The notes under the pieces are model-generated. The model was not told the DNA's origin, did no database searches, and worked only from the letters and a program-made list of their open reading frames with translations. Both the position numbers and the translations under genes were made by a program. A stretch of 64,000 nt of DNA, from IMG/VR virus record IMGVR_UViG_3300045771_000049, positions 64,001-128,000 of that record; one strand, written 5' to 3'. Shown one piece after another: positions 29,168 to 40,142 of this stretch (the stretch's first letter is position 1; each line of letters begins with the position of its first letter). The stretch is from a virus. Its lineage: Duplodnaviria > Caudoviricetes.

Positions 29168-30985
29168 TCACCGAAGGTGTTGATCAATCAATGCCTGTTC
29201 GATACGTTCCAATCGGGCGTTGATTTCTTTGAATGCATTGACCGAAGCAAAAATCAACGGCTTTGCATGAAAACTCAATTGGCCGGGCAACCGGCTCGGC
29301 GTAAACGGTTTCGCCGGATCGGGGCGCGGATCATGAGTCAGCGCCACGCATTCAGGGACGAAGGGTTGCGCCTGTTGGGCGGTCACGCCATGAAACACCC
29401 TGCCATCTCGGGTGGTGCCGCCCAGGCCGTTATATTGAAAACTGACCGGCTTTAGCTGGATAAGGTCAGCCAAACCACGGGTGTAGGATTGCACATTTTC
29501 TTTGGTCCGAGCATCCGACACGTTCGCGGCTGTGACCGTTCCAGTCACCGTGAAATTGCCCGAACCATCGCAGTAGTATAACGGAGTACCCGCATTATTT
29601 GCGTAAATGTAATAGCCATCGCTCGCGCGCCAATAGTGCTTCCAGCCACTGGTGCTATAGTTCATAACCCGATTGCCTGAACCATCAATGTTCAGATAAA
29701 ACGCATTGGCTGAACCACAGGCATAGGTCGCGCCACCGGACACGACATTGCCCCCGACGACACAATCGGTTCCAACACTGAGGGTCGTGCCGCAAGCGAA
29801 ATTGAGATTGGTCGCCCAGCCGATGGTGCCGTTTTCGACTGCCAGATTGAGAACGCCAGTAGCGGCACCAAAGCCCGCATACCCCTGCTGGGTTCCGGCC
29901 GGATTGTAAAACGCCGCGTAGCCGGTGTTTGATGCCGAACCTGGAACCAGTAGAATCGACCCCACACTGGTCGAAGTGACATTGACACTGGCAAAGTTGA
30001 CAGAGGTGCTGCTTTGGGCGTAATTTTGTGGATAGACGGTCGTAATCAGGTTCCCAAGGTCGGTCGAATTGACGGTTATTTTCACCCCGGTCAGTGCCGA
30101 ATTCCATCCCATATAGACTTTGTCAGCGGTCGTCTGCCCGGTTCCGCCCCCTTGCTGGACGGGCGTAAAGCCGATTACTGCCTGCCGCGAAGTGTCACTG
30201 GGATGGCCATGATCGCTCCGGGCGAAGGTTGAGCCAATGCCACTCGTGGCCGTGCCATTGATCAATGGTAGCGTCGTGCTGGCCTGACCCATAACATAGG
30301 CCGTGGAGGCGATCAGGGTGCTGGAATCGTTTAAGGCGGCGGTCGGCGTCGAGGTCGTACCGATGATCGCGATTCCATTGTTGACCGAGACTAGACCGGT
30401 TGAACGGGTGATCGTCAAGGGCGTGTAAAGCGCGGTTCCTGTGTCGCTCTGATTGCTGATGGACAAATCCGATCCAGCATTGCCGCCGGTTTCCGCAGTG
30501 TTGGTGGCATAAATCGCCCACCGATTGAGACCGGTTGTTTGCCAGTAAATGGCTCGCGTTGTTGCGGATGCTGCATCGAGTACGAGTGCGCTTGTGGCTG
30601 AAGTGTTGCTGCCGATAATAGCAACAGGCGCACTCAGCGCTGCTACCGTCAATGTCGTCAACAGGGCGGGGAGCAAGTTTGCTGTTGCTGTGAGATAGAT
30701 CGAGGCCGATCCTGTCAAGGTCAGCGCCGTAGTCCCGCCAAGTGAGGATGCTGACACAATGCGGGTCAGTGTCTCGGCCCCGAACGTATAGACCCCACTG
30801 CCAACTTCCCAGGCATTGCCGCTATCTTCGATGGTGTAATAGACGATAGCGCCACTGGCCAGATCACCGGCAGCTAGGGCCAGGGCAAAACTGCGGAAAC
30901 CCGGAACCGCCATACCAAGAGTGATCGTGCCGGTGCCGGTTGTTGCAGTTGATACTCGCACCCTATCGACGAATTGGATTGCCAC
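29168..30985 (-). CDS. tail fibre with C-terminal peptidase S74 chaperone
   Basis: DRVRVSTATTGTGTITLG, GFTPVQQGGG, SDARTKENV; promoter 31012-31017. Confidence 0.88.
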   Translation of the reverse strand: MAIQFVDRVRVSTATTGTGTITLGMAVPGFRSFALALAAGDLASGAIVYYTIEDSGNAWEVGSGVYTFGAETLTRIVSASSLGGTTALTLTGSASIYLTATANLLPALLTTLTVAALSAPVAIIGSNTSATSALVLDAASATTRAIYWQTTGLNRWAIYATNTAETGGNAGSDLSISNQSDTGTALYTPLTITRSTGLVSVNNGIAIIGTTSTPTAALNDSSTLIASTAYVMGQASTTLPLINGTATSGIGSTFARSDHGHPSDTSRQAVIGFTPVQQGGGTGQTTADKVYMGWNSALTGVKITVNSTDLGNLITTVYPQNYAQSSTSVNFASVNVTSTSVGSILLVPGSASNTGYAAFYNPAGTQQGYAGFGAATGVLNLAVENGTIGWATNLNFACGTTLSVGTDCVVGGNVVSGGATYACGSANAFYLNIDGSGNRVMNYSTSGWKHYWRASDGYYIYANNAGTPLYYCDGSGNFTVTGTVTAANVSDARTKENVQSYTRGLADLIQLKPVSFQYNGLGGTTRDGRVFHGVTAQQAQPFVPECVALTHDPRPDPAKPFTPSRLPGQLSFHAKPLIFASVNAFKEINARLERIEQALIDQHLR

Positions 30986-31073
30986 TTTTGGTTGTTCCTC
31001 GAACTATCGCATATTTAGCAGCGCGGTAGTTCACAATCCGTCCTGACCGTTGTATCGAGCGTGGGTCTCACCG

Positions 31074-34043
31074 TCACTTGAACGGTTCTGGTTTGGCGTT
31101 CTTCGCCGCGTCGGCCGCGATTTGATTGGCCTGGATTTGCAGTTCGACCAAAGCGCCGAGCTTGTCTTCAAGGCTTTGCTGCGCCGGGGTGGGAGTTTGA
31201 CCGGTCGATAAATGGTCCCAGACAGTGTCATCATTCTTTGCCAAATCGGGATTGGCGGCGCGCACTTGATTGCGGGCGCGAATCTCATCGGCTTCTTTCT
31301 TCTGACGGCGCTGGTGCTCGAATTTGGAGATGCGTTTGCCTTCATCATGATGCGCAGCGTCGCCAAAATAGACTTCACCGACATCGGCTGATGGGGTGAG
31401 GCCAGCGGCCACGACAGGCGTTGGGTCTTCAACCGGCATGGTTGGAGTGGTCGGCCCAGCCGCTTCGAGAGCCGCCAAGCGATGGGCTTCCTCCGCCATC
31501 TTCATATGGCTGATCGAGACTTCGCCGGTCTTCCGATTGACTGATGCACCGACCGGCAACTGATCATCACGCAGGGCGCGATAGCGATCTGCTTCTTCGG
31601 CATCAGCGTCGAGCTTGGCTTTTTCTTGTGCCACTTGTCGGTCCAGCGACGACATTGCGTGATCGGGCGGGAGTTGTTGATGCACGCTTCCACCGCGCCC
31701 ACCCGGCGCATGCTTTTTGGGAGCCACTACTCCAGGTTCTTCGGCGGGCGCGGTCGCAGCGGGCGGTGTGCCTCCGGGCGGCTTGTTTCGGTCGGCCTGT
31801 TTGTTGATTTCCTCAGTGGCTTTTTGCAACGCTTCGGCCGCTTCTTTTTCATGCAACGCGGCAGCATCTTTTGACTGTTCTTCGTAGCCTCGGCCCAACC
31901 CGATTTTACTGAGGGCGTTGTCGATAAACGAGGCGCCCCAAATGTGCTCATCTCGCCATGTGCCAAACTTGGCGTCAGGATCGAGCTTGTTGCCCAGTGC
32001 GTGGATGCCATAGGTCAGCGCCACCCCGGCTGCGATGATCGCCAGAGGCACCGCCGCAGCAATCGAGGCGAAGCCGACACTTAGTAGTTCCAAAATCGCG
32101 GGCATTAAGGCACTGCCGATCATGGTTGCCATCAAGGGTGCGGCGATATCGGCAATCGTCTTGACAGTTTCGTTTTGAGAAACGCTCTCCGGCAACATGT
32201 TCAGTGTTTTGTCTTTGAGAAATTCACCTGCGATGATGCTGCCGACAATGGTCGCGGTCTGCCCGACTGCGCCCATCGGCTTGCGACCGGGCTTGGACCC
32301 GCCGCCGTGCAGATCATCCAGCCGGGGACCGGGTCCGGCGTCCAGGCCGCCAATCGCCTTTATGACGGCGGTTTTGAACAGAGTGAGGGTGCCGGTCAGC
32401 AGTTTTAGGGTTGTCCGAAAAAACACCAGACCGGCGACTACACCAGCGGTGGCGATCGCCTTGCGGCTCTCATCCCCTTCTTGGTCATCACCGCCGCCGA
32501 TCCCAAGGAATTTGAGCGCGGCTTGAATTCTATCGCGTACCCATTCCACAGCGGTGGCCAATCCGCTTAGTCCGGTTTCCAACTTCGGCCCCAGAACTTC
32601 AACAGTATTGAGAAATTTGTTCAAGTCTTCGCCGATCGCGGGCAAGTTATCGACAAAGCTGTTCAGTAGTTTTTGTGCCATTTCGCCAAGGCGCGCACCA
32701 AATGGCACCAACGTGTCGCGAATTTTATTCAGGCTGCTTTCAAACTGTTCGGCTCTTCTGAGACCATCCGATCCTTCTGGAATCCCAAGGAAACTATGGT
32801 AGAAGCCTTGCCGAAATTTACCGAGTGTATCACTCAGGAAATTCGGCAGCATGGTCATTGCTTTGGTGATGCCTTCCATGCCGCTCTTACGGGCGTCTTC
32901 TAATCGTTTGATCATGCCTTCTTTAGTTTCGCCGCGTAAAGCGTTGGCGAACGCTAGGGCCTGCTTGGCTCCTGCATCGCCAGCATTGGCCAGATTCTGT
33001 AGCGTGTTGTATCGTTCAAGAATGCGATCCCGCATTTCCAGTTCGGTGCTGATTTGATTCGCTTCATCCGCAGCAGTGCGTTCGCCGCCCTGTTTGACGC
33101 GATCGACCATGTTATTCATGAGACCCGCGACATTGCCGAGGCCGACACTGATGAGGCTCTTTCCCGCCTCACTCCACTGTGCGTTGCCGCCCGCCAGGGT
33201 TTCACTGAAGAATTTGGTAAGGTATGGCGCTGCATCTCCGGCCGCCCCGGCGAACGTCACGACCATCTTGCGATAGATTTCGTTTTGATCGGCGCCCATG
33301 GTGCCAAGTCGCCCGGCCGTCATCGGATCACGAATCGCGCCATTCAGCAATTTCATGATCTCGTCACGACTTTTGCCAGTGGCCTGGGATAGTTCGTTGA
33401 CATCCTTGATCATCACGCCAGCGGCGTCGGTGCGCTGTTTGTCGGTCATCCGGCTCCATTGGCCGCTCTCGCGCAGACTTTCGGCAAAATCACCCGAGGC
33501 CGTATTGACCTCATTCAGCGTCATGCCATACATGCCCATGCCAGAAAGATTGTCCCGCACGCCCTTTTGGAATTTTCCGAACGCTGCAACACCGGCCAGT
33601 TGGCTATCGCCCATTTGCGAGATCAAAATGCTGTTGTGGGTGACCTCTTTGGCAAAGTCCTCCAGCGAAAGACCACTGGCCCCGGCGATCTCCTGCATTT
33701 TGAACATGGAGCCGCCGAAATTCACCCCGACCGCTGTCATCTGGCTATAGGTGCGACTGGTGCTGCGCAGGTTCTCGATCAAGGCGGTGACCGCACCGCC
33801 CAATGCCCCATAGCCCAGCATCCGTGTGAACGAACTGACCACGTCGTCGGCGCTGCCATGCATGAGGCGCAGCGAACCGGTCAATCTGTTGAGCGTACTA
33901 TCGAACGCTTCCGAAGCCTTGCTGGCAATCCCTTTGGAGCCTGCACCACTGTTGAACGATTGGGTTGGGGATTTGCCAGTCAAATACTGGGTATTCCTGC
34001 CAATCATTTCTAAAAGCCGAATTGTGTCCGGATCGTCCGCCAT
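31074..34043 (-). CDS. tape-measure-like / baseplate hub protein
   Basis: About 990 aa, helical and Ala/Gly-rich with hydrophobic segments; divergent from the gp26-like gene; promoter 34068-34073. Confidence 0.65.
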   Translation of the reverse strand: MADDPDTIRLLEMIGRNTQYLTGKSPTQSFNSGAGSKGIASKASEAFDSTLNRLTGSLRLMHGSADDVVSSFTRMLGYGALGGAVTALIENLRSTSRTYSQMTAVGVNFGGSMFKMQEIAGASGLSLEDFAKEVTHNSILISQMGDSQLAGVAAFGKFQKGVRDNLSGMGMYGMTLNEVNTASGDFAESLRESGQWSRMTDKQRTDAAGVMIKDVNELSQATGKSRDEIMKLLNGAIRDPMTAGRLGTMGADQNEIYRKMVVTFAGAAGDAAPYLTKFFSETLAGGNAQWSEAGKSLISVGLGNVAGLMNNMVDRVKQGGERTAADEANQISTELEMRDRILERYNTLQNLANAGDAGAKQALAFANALRGETKEGMIKRLEDARKSGMEGITKAMTMLPNFLSDTLGKFRQGFYHSFLGIPEGSDGLRRAEQFESSLNKIRDTLVPFGARLGEMAQKLLNSFVDNLPAIGEDLNKFLNTVEVLGPKLETGLSGLATAVEWVRDRIQAALKFLGIGGGDDQEGDESRKAIATAGVVAGLVFFRTTLKLLTGTLTLFKTAVIKAIGGLDAGPGPRLDDLHGGGSKPGRKPMGAVGQTATIVGSIIAGEFLKDKTLNMLPESVSQNETVKTIADIAAPLMATMIGSALMPAILELLSVGFASIAAAVPLAIIAAGVALTYGIHALGNKLDPDAKFGTWRDEHIWGASFIDNALSKIGLGRGYEEQSKDAAALHEKEAAEALQKATEEINKQADRNKPPGGTPPAATAPAEEPGVVAPKKHAPGGRGGSVHQQLPPDHAMSSLDRQVAQEKAKLDADAEEADRYRALRDDQLPVGASVNRKTGEVSISHMKMAEEAHRLAALEAAGPTTPTMPVEDPTPVVAAGLTPSADVGEVYFGDAAHHDEGKRISKFEHQRRQKKEADEIRARNQVRAANPDLAKNDDTVWDHLSTGQTPTPAQQSLEDKLGALVELQIQANQIAADAAKNAKPEPFK

Positions 34044-34147
34044 AAATTTATCACCTACTACCCTCAATATTTAGAGGGCCATCATTAACTAAGCGGTTTA
34101 ATTTTAGGTGCTAAATATTTACATCATTATCCCGGAATTTAAACCAC

Positions 34148-35029
34148 ATGCCGAGTCATCCGTCGAAGCGTCCGTTACCTATGCCTGATGAGTTTGAGGA
34201 ACCCAAGCCCAGCAATCCGCTGGCGCGTTATTTTCGTTTGCCCGGCGTGCAGGTCCGCCTGCCGACCAATGGTGCCTTCATGCCGCCCGATTCGATCGAA
34301 TTCACTATGAATAACGAGGTGCCGGTGTATCCGTTACGCGCGGCTGATGAGATGCTGTTAAAAACGCCGGACGCGCTGATGAGCGGGTTTGCCATCGAAA
34401 GTCTGTTACGCAGTTGTGTGCCTGCGATCACGGCGCCCCAGGAGGTTAGCACGCCGGATTTGGATGTGCTGCTGATGGCGATCCGGGCGGCCTCGACCGG
34501 CGAAACGATCACCTTGCAGCCGGTATGTCCGATGTGTAAAGCGGAAAATGAGCTTCATTGGAGCCTTGGGTATACATTCTCGACGATCCAACTGATCGAG
34601 CCGGAGAACCCAGTGCGGCTGGCGGATGATGTGGTGGTGTTTCTGCGCCCGCATAACCTGCGCAACGCCACGCGCATGGGCAATATTTCGTTCGAGGAAG
34701 CCCGCAAGGTGCAGGCCGTCGAGGATGCCCCCACAGCGGAGCGATCGGCGCAGATCAGTGCGAGCATGCGGCGGTTGAGCGATCTCAGCACTGAGACCTT
34801 GGCCGACTGTGTGATCAAGGTCGTGGTGCGCGAAGGCACGGTGACCAGTCGCCCGTCAATCGATGAATTCATCGCCAACATTCCCAACGCTTGGACCCGA
34901 CAGATGCAGGCCAAACTGGACGAAATGAATAAGAAGGGCATCGACAAACACTACCCGGTCACCTGTGCCAATTGCGGGCATGAATGGCAGGGTGAAATTG
35001 AGTTCAATCCAGCAACTTTTTTCGTTTGA
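34148..35029 (+). CDS. T4 gp26-like baseplate hub subunit
   Basis: NPLARYFR, LPTNG, DEMLLKTPDALMSG, DLDVLLMAIRAAS, two CxxC, FNPATFF; TAAATA 34112-34117. Confidence 0.85.
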   Translation: MPSHPSKRPLPMPDEFEEPKPSNPLARYFRLPGVQVRLPTNGAFMPPDSIEFTMNNEVPVYPLRAADEMLLKTPDALMSGFAIESLLRSCVPAITAPQEVSTPDLDVLLMAIRAASTGETITLQPVCPMCKAENELHWSLGYTFSTIQLIEPENPVRLADDVVVFLRPHNLRNATRMGNISFEEARKVQAVEDAPTAERSAQISASMRRLSDLSTETLADCVIKVVVREGTVTSRPSIDEFIANIPNAWTRQMQAKLDEMNKKGIDKHYPVTCANCGHEWQGEIEFNPATFFV

Positions 35030-35256
35030 GACTCCTCGGTCTGACCGACGCCGAGGAGATCGGGGCCTTCCTGTCGGAGATGAAGCAGGACGCAAAGCAA
35101 TTGCGCCAACTGATCGTCCGCATATGCTGGCACATGCGCGGCAGCGTATCGCGAGAAGAAGGCTGGACGTTATCTCACGAAGAACGCCGCGATATATTGG
35201 AACTGATCGACGAAAACCGCGAGACTACCGAAAAGACCGGTCTCCCGCTGATGTGA
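35026..35256 (+). CDS. gp51-like baseplate hub assembly protein
   Basis: Overlaps the gp26-like stop; CWHMRGSVSREE..LSHEER. Confidence 0.65.
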   Translation: MRLLGLTDAEEIGAFLSEMKQDAKQLRQLIVRICWHMRGSVSREEGWTLSHEERRDILELIDENRETTEKTGLPLM

Positions 35257-35284
35257 CGCCGTTGCGCGCCACGATAAATAGAAG

Positions 35285-35983
35285 ATGGATATAACTTTTG
35301 ACCAACTTCAATTTCATCAACCGATTATTGATCACGCTGATGCTCTCGATTGGTTGTCTGATCGAGCGCAAGCAAAAGCCTCGGTCATAGTACTCGATCC
35401 GCCATATGCCATTGGCTCGCCAGTTCGCGGACGAGAGGATGGCGCGGCTGGAAGCGTCTCAGGACCGTTTTCGTTTATGTCGCGGGTCATGGCTCTCAGC
35501 GTCGCGGCGCTCAAGCCGGGTGGCATCTGCATGATGTTCGCCGATTGGCGCCGGATGCCTGATATGCTCTACATCGCCACGACTGTCGGGCTGCGCCCCT
35601 CAGTGTGCCTTGCGTGGGTGCGGAAGCGGCCTGGGACTGGTGGCATCTTCCGGTCAGCCTGGGACCCCATCCAAATCTGTGCGCGAGGTGTTCCAGATGC
35701 GGTAGATCGAGCAGCCGTGCGAAATGTCGTCGAGACCTTCGACAACGAAACCGTGATTGAGGCAGATAGCTCGACGCGTCGCAGTCATCCCTACGAAAAG
35801 CCGCCACAACTCTTCCGGCATGTTTTTCCGCGCGTTTGCGTGGCTGGTGATCTGGTGCTCGACCCATTTGCCGGAAGCGGCGTTTCGGGTCGTGTGGCGC
35901 AGGAGCTTGATTTGCGCTGGGAAGGCTGTGACATCGATCCTGCTTTCGCCACACGCACAACCAACTCGGAGCAAATCGCCTAG
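35285..35983 (+). CDS. DNA adenine methyltransferase (beta class, DPPY)
   Basis: LDPPY, HPYEKP, VLDPFAGSG; TAAATA 35275-35280. Confidence 0.88.
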   Translation: MDITFDQLQFHQPIIDHADALDWLSDRAQAKASVIVLDPPYAIGSPVRGREDGAAGSVSGPFSFMSRVMALSVAALKPGGICMMFADWRRMPDMLYIATTVGLRPSVCLAWVRKRPGTGGIFRSAWDPIQICARGVPDAVDRAAVRNVVETFDNETVIEADSSTRRSHPYEKPPQLFRHVFPRVCVAGDLVLDPFAGSGVSGRVAQELDLRWEGCDIDPAFATRTTNSEQIA

Positions 35984-36511
35984 TTACCGGGCGGCGAATG
36001 CGGCGGGGTCGAATTGGATGATCGGCATCTGGGTAGACATCGGGCGAACCGCTCCGGTTGGCGCCGGGCGCATCGCCGGGGTCGCGATCAGCGCGTGATA
36101 GGTCGGCACCGGCGCCAGGACGATCGTGCTGGCTGGCGCGGACGTATCAACGGATGCGTCGGCGATAGCCGCATCCATGCCATCCGGCCTCGGGACCACG
36201 TGAAACAGCATCGAAAGGGCAATGGCCCCGGCGTAGATCATCAGGCTCAGTTTGTGGTCCTCTTTGAACATCGCCCAACCGGCGCAATAGACCACCATAA
36301 TGAAGAGTGTCGCGGTCGAATACAGACTAACCGCCCAGGAGTCGTGACCGAGAAACGGCAAACCGATGAACACGATGATGGTGACATACCACCATTTCAG
36401 TGCGGCCGAACCGATCAAGGAGATCAGAATGAAGAGGAATTTAAAGAGATGTTCACCGACAACACCGACCAGAACGCCGATGATACCGCCCTTGATGATA
36501 TTAGCATTCAT
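35984..36511 (-). CDS. membrane protein
   Basis: About 4 TMs; sigma70-like promoter upstream. Confidence 0.6.
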   Translation of the reverse strand: MNANIIKGGIIGVLVGVVGEHLFKFLFILISLIGSAALKWWYVTIIVFIGLPFLGHDSWAVSLYSTATLFIMVVYCAGWAMFKEDHKLSLMIYAGAIALSMLFHVVPRPDGMDAAIADASVDTSAPASTIVLAPVPTYHALIATPAMRPAPTGAVRPMSTQMPIIQFDPAAFAAR

Positions 36512-36535
36512 GACACATTCCTTTTCGACAGGGTG

Positions 36536-36563
36536 ATAATACCGCGAAATGCAGGATTGTCAA
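36536..36563 (-). promoter_or_regulatory. sigma70-like early promoter
   Basis: TTGACA-16 nt-TATTAT on the minus strand. Confidence 0.5.
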
Positions 36564-36610
36564 CAGAAAAGTGATCGTGCTATTGTATGCTGGGCCGTAT
36601 ATAGCGCGGT

Positions 36611-36973
36611 ATGGTTTGGTTGCAGTTACCGTTTTTCGACGGACACCGGCAACGGGTTGAAACGTCTGGTCCCCGACACGACGAAACTGTGTGGACTGAA
36701 TGGGCAAACCAGCTTTCACCCGGCACATTTCTGGTGTGGCTTGCCGGACAAATCTCGGATGATCTGATGGCGCATAAATGTCCAACCGAGTCGGTTGGCG
36801 GATTGATTCGCTCGGTTGATGCGGCGATCGGTCCAAGTCAATATCAGGCCGAACGTTATCTGCATAAACACGCCGGTTGGTTGGTCTTCGCGCCACACAT
36901 GAAGCGTGTAATCGGCATCTTCCGTCATTTGATTAGATTGAACTTACATTGGTGCGAAGACTTGACGCACTAA
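36611..36973 (+). CDS. hypothetical protein
   Basis: 120-aa ORF. Confidence 0.45.
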   Translation: MVWLQLPFFDGHRQRVETSGPRHDETVWTEWANQLSPGTFLVWLAGQISDDLMAHKCPTESVGGLIRSVDAAIGPSQYQAERYLHKHAGWLVFAPHMKRVIGIFRHLIRLNLHWCEDLTH

Positions 36974-37034
36974 TACCGATCGACTATGCAGACCAAACTT
37001 CCAAAGATCGGTTGCACACCCTGGTAGCAAACGT

Positions 37035-37973
37035 TCATGGCGCCGGTTGCAGTTCTTCTCGGGTATAGTTGTACATCTCGCCGCCTTTCTTCCATTTGAC
37101 GGAAAACCAGCCGCCCGGCTCGGTCGGTGCCCGAGTAATAATGCCGATCATGCCGGGCGGTGGGATAAAATGAACGGGGTAGCGTCCAATCGTAGGATGC
37201 GGCTCTTCGTCACCGCGATAGACTCCACGCCAGCCGGTTCCAGCCAATCGCCCAGCGGTCATGAAGTCGGCTGGTTTGAGATCATCGACATAAAGCGAAT
37301 TCGATCCCCGGAAGCGTTGCTTCAGCACCTGGGTATGGGTCACCTTGGCACCGACTTGCAGTCCGGTCGCTCGCTTCGGGTCCACCACGCGGATCAGACT
37401 GGTGTCGTAGATGCAGACCTGATCGCCATCGAGCAGCTTACGGATGCCTTTGCCGAGAAACCACACGGCATCGGCGCGCGCACTCAGGGTCTTGGTGAGG
37501 TTGTTGGTGGCTTCGAGCCAAGCTTTGTAATTGCGGGCGCGGGTGTCGTCACTGGTCATATTGTAGCCATTGGCGCGCCACCACTTCATCATCGTATTGG
37601 GCGCCCCGAAGTTGATCTCTTCGACGTTGGTCGAGGCCAGATAGAACGCCCGTCGTCCCTTCGTCGTATTGCCTGCGTAAGCCTTGGCGATCGCTTTGAC
37701 GGTGGTGAAATAGGCGCCGAACCCCAGGTGATGAACCGGCGCGGCGATGCCGGTCTGACCATAGGGTTCGAAACTGTAACCATTGCTGGTACTATTGGTG
37801 TCGGATGGGATGGACCGGTCTGTGTCGAAGCCCGTGGCGATGATAGCGGACAGATCGGTTTGGGTGCCATGATACATCGGACCAAACATTTTTTGATCAA
37901 CTGCTTCCTGTGGCGAAATCACTTCCACGGCGGCCTCAAACAGCGGGTTTGGGAAAAGTTCACGAGTGTGCAT
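37035..37973 (-). CDS. ART-PolyVal-like protein with leader
   Basis: Promoter 37978-37983; MHTRELFPNPLFE; MYHGT, LGFGAYFTT..IAKAYA, DQVCIYD. Confidence 0.7.
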   Translation of the reverse strand: MHTRELFPNPLFEAAVEVISPQEAVDQKMFGPMYHGTQTDLSAIIATGFDTDRSIPSDTNSTSNGYSFEPYGQTGIAAPVHHLGFGAYFTTVKAIAKAYAGNTTKGRRAFYLASTNVEEINFGAPNTMMKWWRANGYNMTSDDTRARNYKAWLEATNNLTKTLSARADAVWFLGKGIRKLLDGDQVCIYDTSLIRVVDPKRATGLQVGAKVTHTQVLKQRFRGSNSLYVDDLKPADFMTAGRLAGTGWRGVYRGDEEPHPTIGRYPVHFIPPPGMIGIITRAPTEPGGWFSVKWKKGGEMYNYTREELQPAP

Positions 37974-38100
37974 GGTTTATTTAATCAGAATGGGCTTGAC
38001 ATGGCATGGCTTATATTGTTCCCTGGTTCCGGGCGATGCTCGTATCGCCTACCTTGAATCAAAACTGCTGAGTGGCATAACACCCCCAACGTAGTGTCAC

Positions 38101-38955
38101 TCAGACTTTTTCTTCCGGCCGATCGCCTTCCCAACCATGCTCAGCCTGAAATCCGGCAGCGTGATGGTGGCCACCACCGCCATACCGGGCGGCAATTTCC
38201 GACACATCGATCCCGACCGAGCGTAAACTGAATACGCGCCCGTCCGCACGATCATAATAGGCGGCTGCGAATGGGGCATTCTGAGCCAGTTGATTGGCGC
38301 CCTCCGAGGCCATTGTCACAGGCAGATTGGCGACCGGCACATGCATCCCACCGATCACCATGCTCCGGGTTGTCAGAGTCAGCATCTCCTTCACGTCTTT
38401 CTGAAGCTTACGTTCGATGGCCACGCCTTCGGCAATCATTTTGGTTTTTACGTGCGGCCGTGCGCATTGTCTAGCCAGTCGGTCCCAGGTCTCAAAATCA
38501 TACTCATAACTGCACATCACAGCCACAATAGCGCGGGTATCCGGTCGGGTAAACTGCCAGAGATCATAGTCCTGAACATGGAGCAGCAGGTCTGGTACCG
38601 GTGCGTCCGGATGGCAATACTGCCACGCTATGACGGCGCCAGACCGGTTCATATCGAATAGACCGCCAATGCTGCCATCGGCCAGCAACGGCGCCAGATC
38701 GGCCTCGGCGGACTTGTGATGGTCCAGAACGGTGACGCTGGCCGCCGCCTCGATCACTGAGCGCATCACCTCATTCTTGTAGCTAAAATCAACGAACCAA
38801 ACGTGTTCGTCGGCGACAGTAGGCGGGACGACCCCGTGAATGCCGGGAAGATATTTGATGCTGTCGCCGTATTTCCGCCAGACCGCCCAGGCGGCGGAAA
38901 ACCCATCGGCACACGGACTGTGGTAGATGCAAAGCGTCGGAGCATGAGGAGACAT
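38101..38955 (-). CDS. DHH/DHHA1 phosphoesterase
   Basis: YHSPCADG, VDFS, LDHHKSA, QDYDLW, FSLRS, YGGGGH..AAGF. Confidence 0.9.
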   Translation of the reverse strand: MSPHAPTLCIYHSPCADGFSAAWAVWRKYGDSIKYLPGIHGVVPPTVADEHVWFVDFSYKNEVMRSVIEAAASVTVLDHHKSAEADLAPLLADGSIGGLFDMNRSGAVIAWQYCHPDAPVPDLLLHVQDYDLWQFTRPDTRAIVAVMCSYEYDFETWDRLARQCARPHVKTKMIAEGVAIERKLQKDVKEMLTLTTRSMVIGGMHVPVANLPVTMASEGANQLAQNAPFAAAYYDRADGRVFSLRSVGIDVSEIAARYGGGGHHHAAGFQAEHGWEGDRPEEKV

Positions 38956-39360
38956 GGAAATATAACTTTCAAACTACTAACAACGGGAATTTATCTTTAC
39001 ACGCAGTTCTTGTTTCAAACAGTTGTGCATTGCAGTGTATCTTTAACGCTGATATCTTGCTCAGTATAACATTGGAGGTAGCAACTATGCCGTTTGATGG
39101 AAATGCAGAAGACTGGTCTGAAGAACCACACCACGAGCCAGTCCGGCGCTTCGGCCAGTCCCGACTGTGGGGTGGGAGAGTGGTGCTGTATAGTCTGACC
39201 ATCGCCGTGGTCAGAGCCCTCAGCATCCTTTTCGTTTCTTCTCTGTATTTTAGGCAATGGTGCCTGGGTCCGCAGCGTGAAACCGTAACGCTTTAGCAAT
39301 CTCGAAGTAACATCGCGCATATCGATCATACGGCCGATATGCGCGATGTCGTATGCAGGG

Positions 39361-39660
39361 TTATCCTTTTTCCGATGATTGGTGCGGTCGTTGATCGGGA
39401 TCATTTTCGGCGCACCACTTACACCATTGGGAATGGGTATCAATGGGGATGCCGTAGACCGGCACCCGAATTGGTCCGAACATATCGCTGCCAACTTCCT
39501 TGGAACCGATTTTGATAATCAGCCCAGCCTTCAAGAGCGCCTTAATCGTGTTTAGTCTCTGCGGCGGGTCCTGTCCAATCGCAATCGCTTCGAAGACTTC
39601 TACGGCGCTTTTGGAGCGGCCCGCACAGGGATGTCTGACCGTCCTCCTTTGACGAACCAT
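39361..39660 (-). CDS. hypothetical protein
   Basis: AAGGAG RBS; 99 aa. Confidence 0.55.
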   Translation of the reverse strand: MVRQRRTVRHPCAGRSKSAVEVFEAIAIGQDPPQRLNTIKALLKAGLIIKIGSKEVGSDMFGPIRVPVYGIPIDTHSQWCKWCAENDPDQRPHQSSEKG

Positions 39661-39734
39661 CGTGGTTCTCCTTGGTATTTTGCCATGGTATGCTTACGCA
39701 GTTCCTCGGCACCTGACAAGATCAAAATAGGCAG

Positions 39735-39956
39735 TCACGACAGACGCAAGCGATTGCGCAAGCGCATAATCTCGCGTTGATCCCCCGCCCGTGCCTTCGC
39801 CACAGCAAGCGCAATTTCGGCCACCAGGGCTTGCATGTTGCTTTGGTCCGGCGGGCGCCCGAACCACCAAGATGCGACGTTTTCGGCGATCAACTCATCA
39901 GCGGGTGTGGGGACGATATTGACTTCAAGCGGCTTCACTTTGCGCAAGCGCGGCAT
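39735..39956 (-). CDS. hypothetical protein
   Basis: GAGGAG RBS; 73 aa. Confidence 0.5.
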   Translation of the reverse strand: MPRLRKVKPLEVNIVPTPADELIAENVASWWFGRPPDQSNMQALVAEIALAVAKARAGDQREIMRLRNRLRLS

Positions 39957-40142
39957 GATAGCTCCTCTGTGCGGACATGGTTCTGTTTCGAATGGGGCGC
40001 CTTCGCTAAATCGTAATAGCTGCTGGACGCTCAGGCTTCGGTCTGCTAACCATCAGCCAGGAGAACAGATTTTGACGGACCATTTAGCGTTGCATGACGA
40101 TTGGGATGAACCATCCGTCCCCGCTGGCCTACGGGCGCGTCG

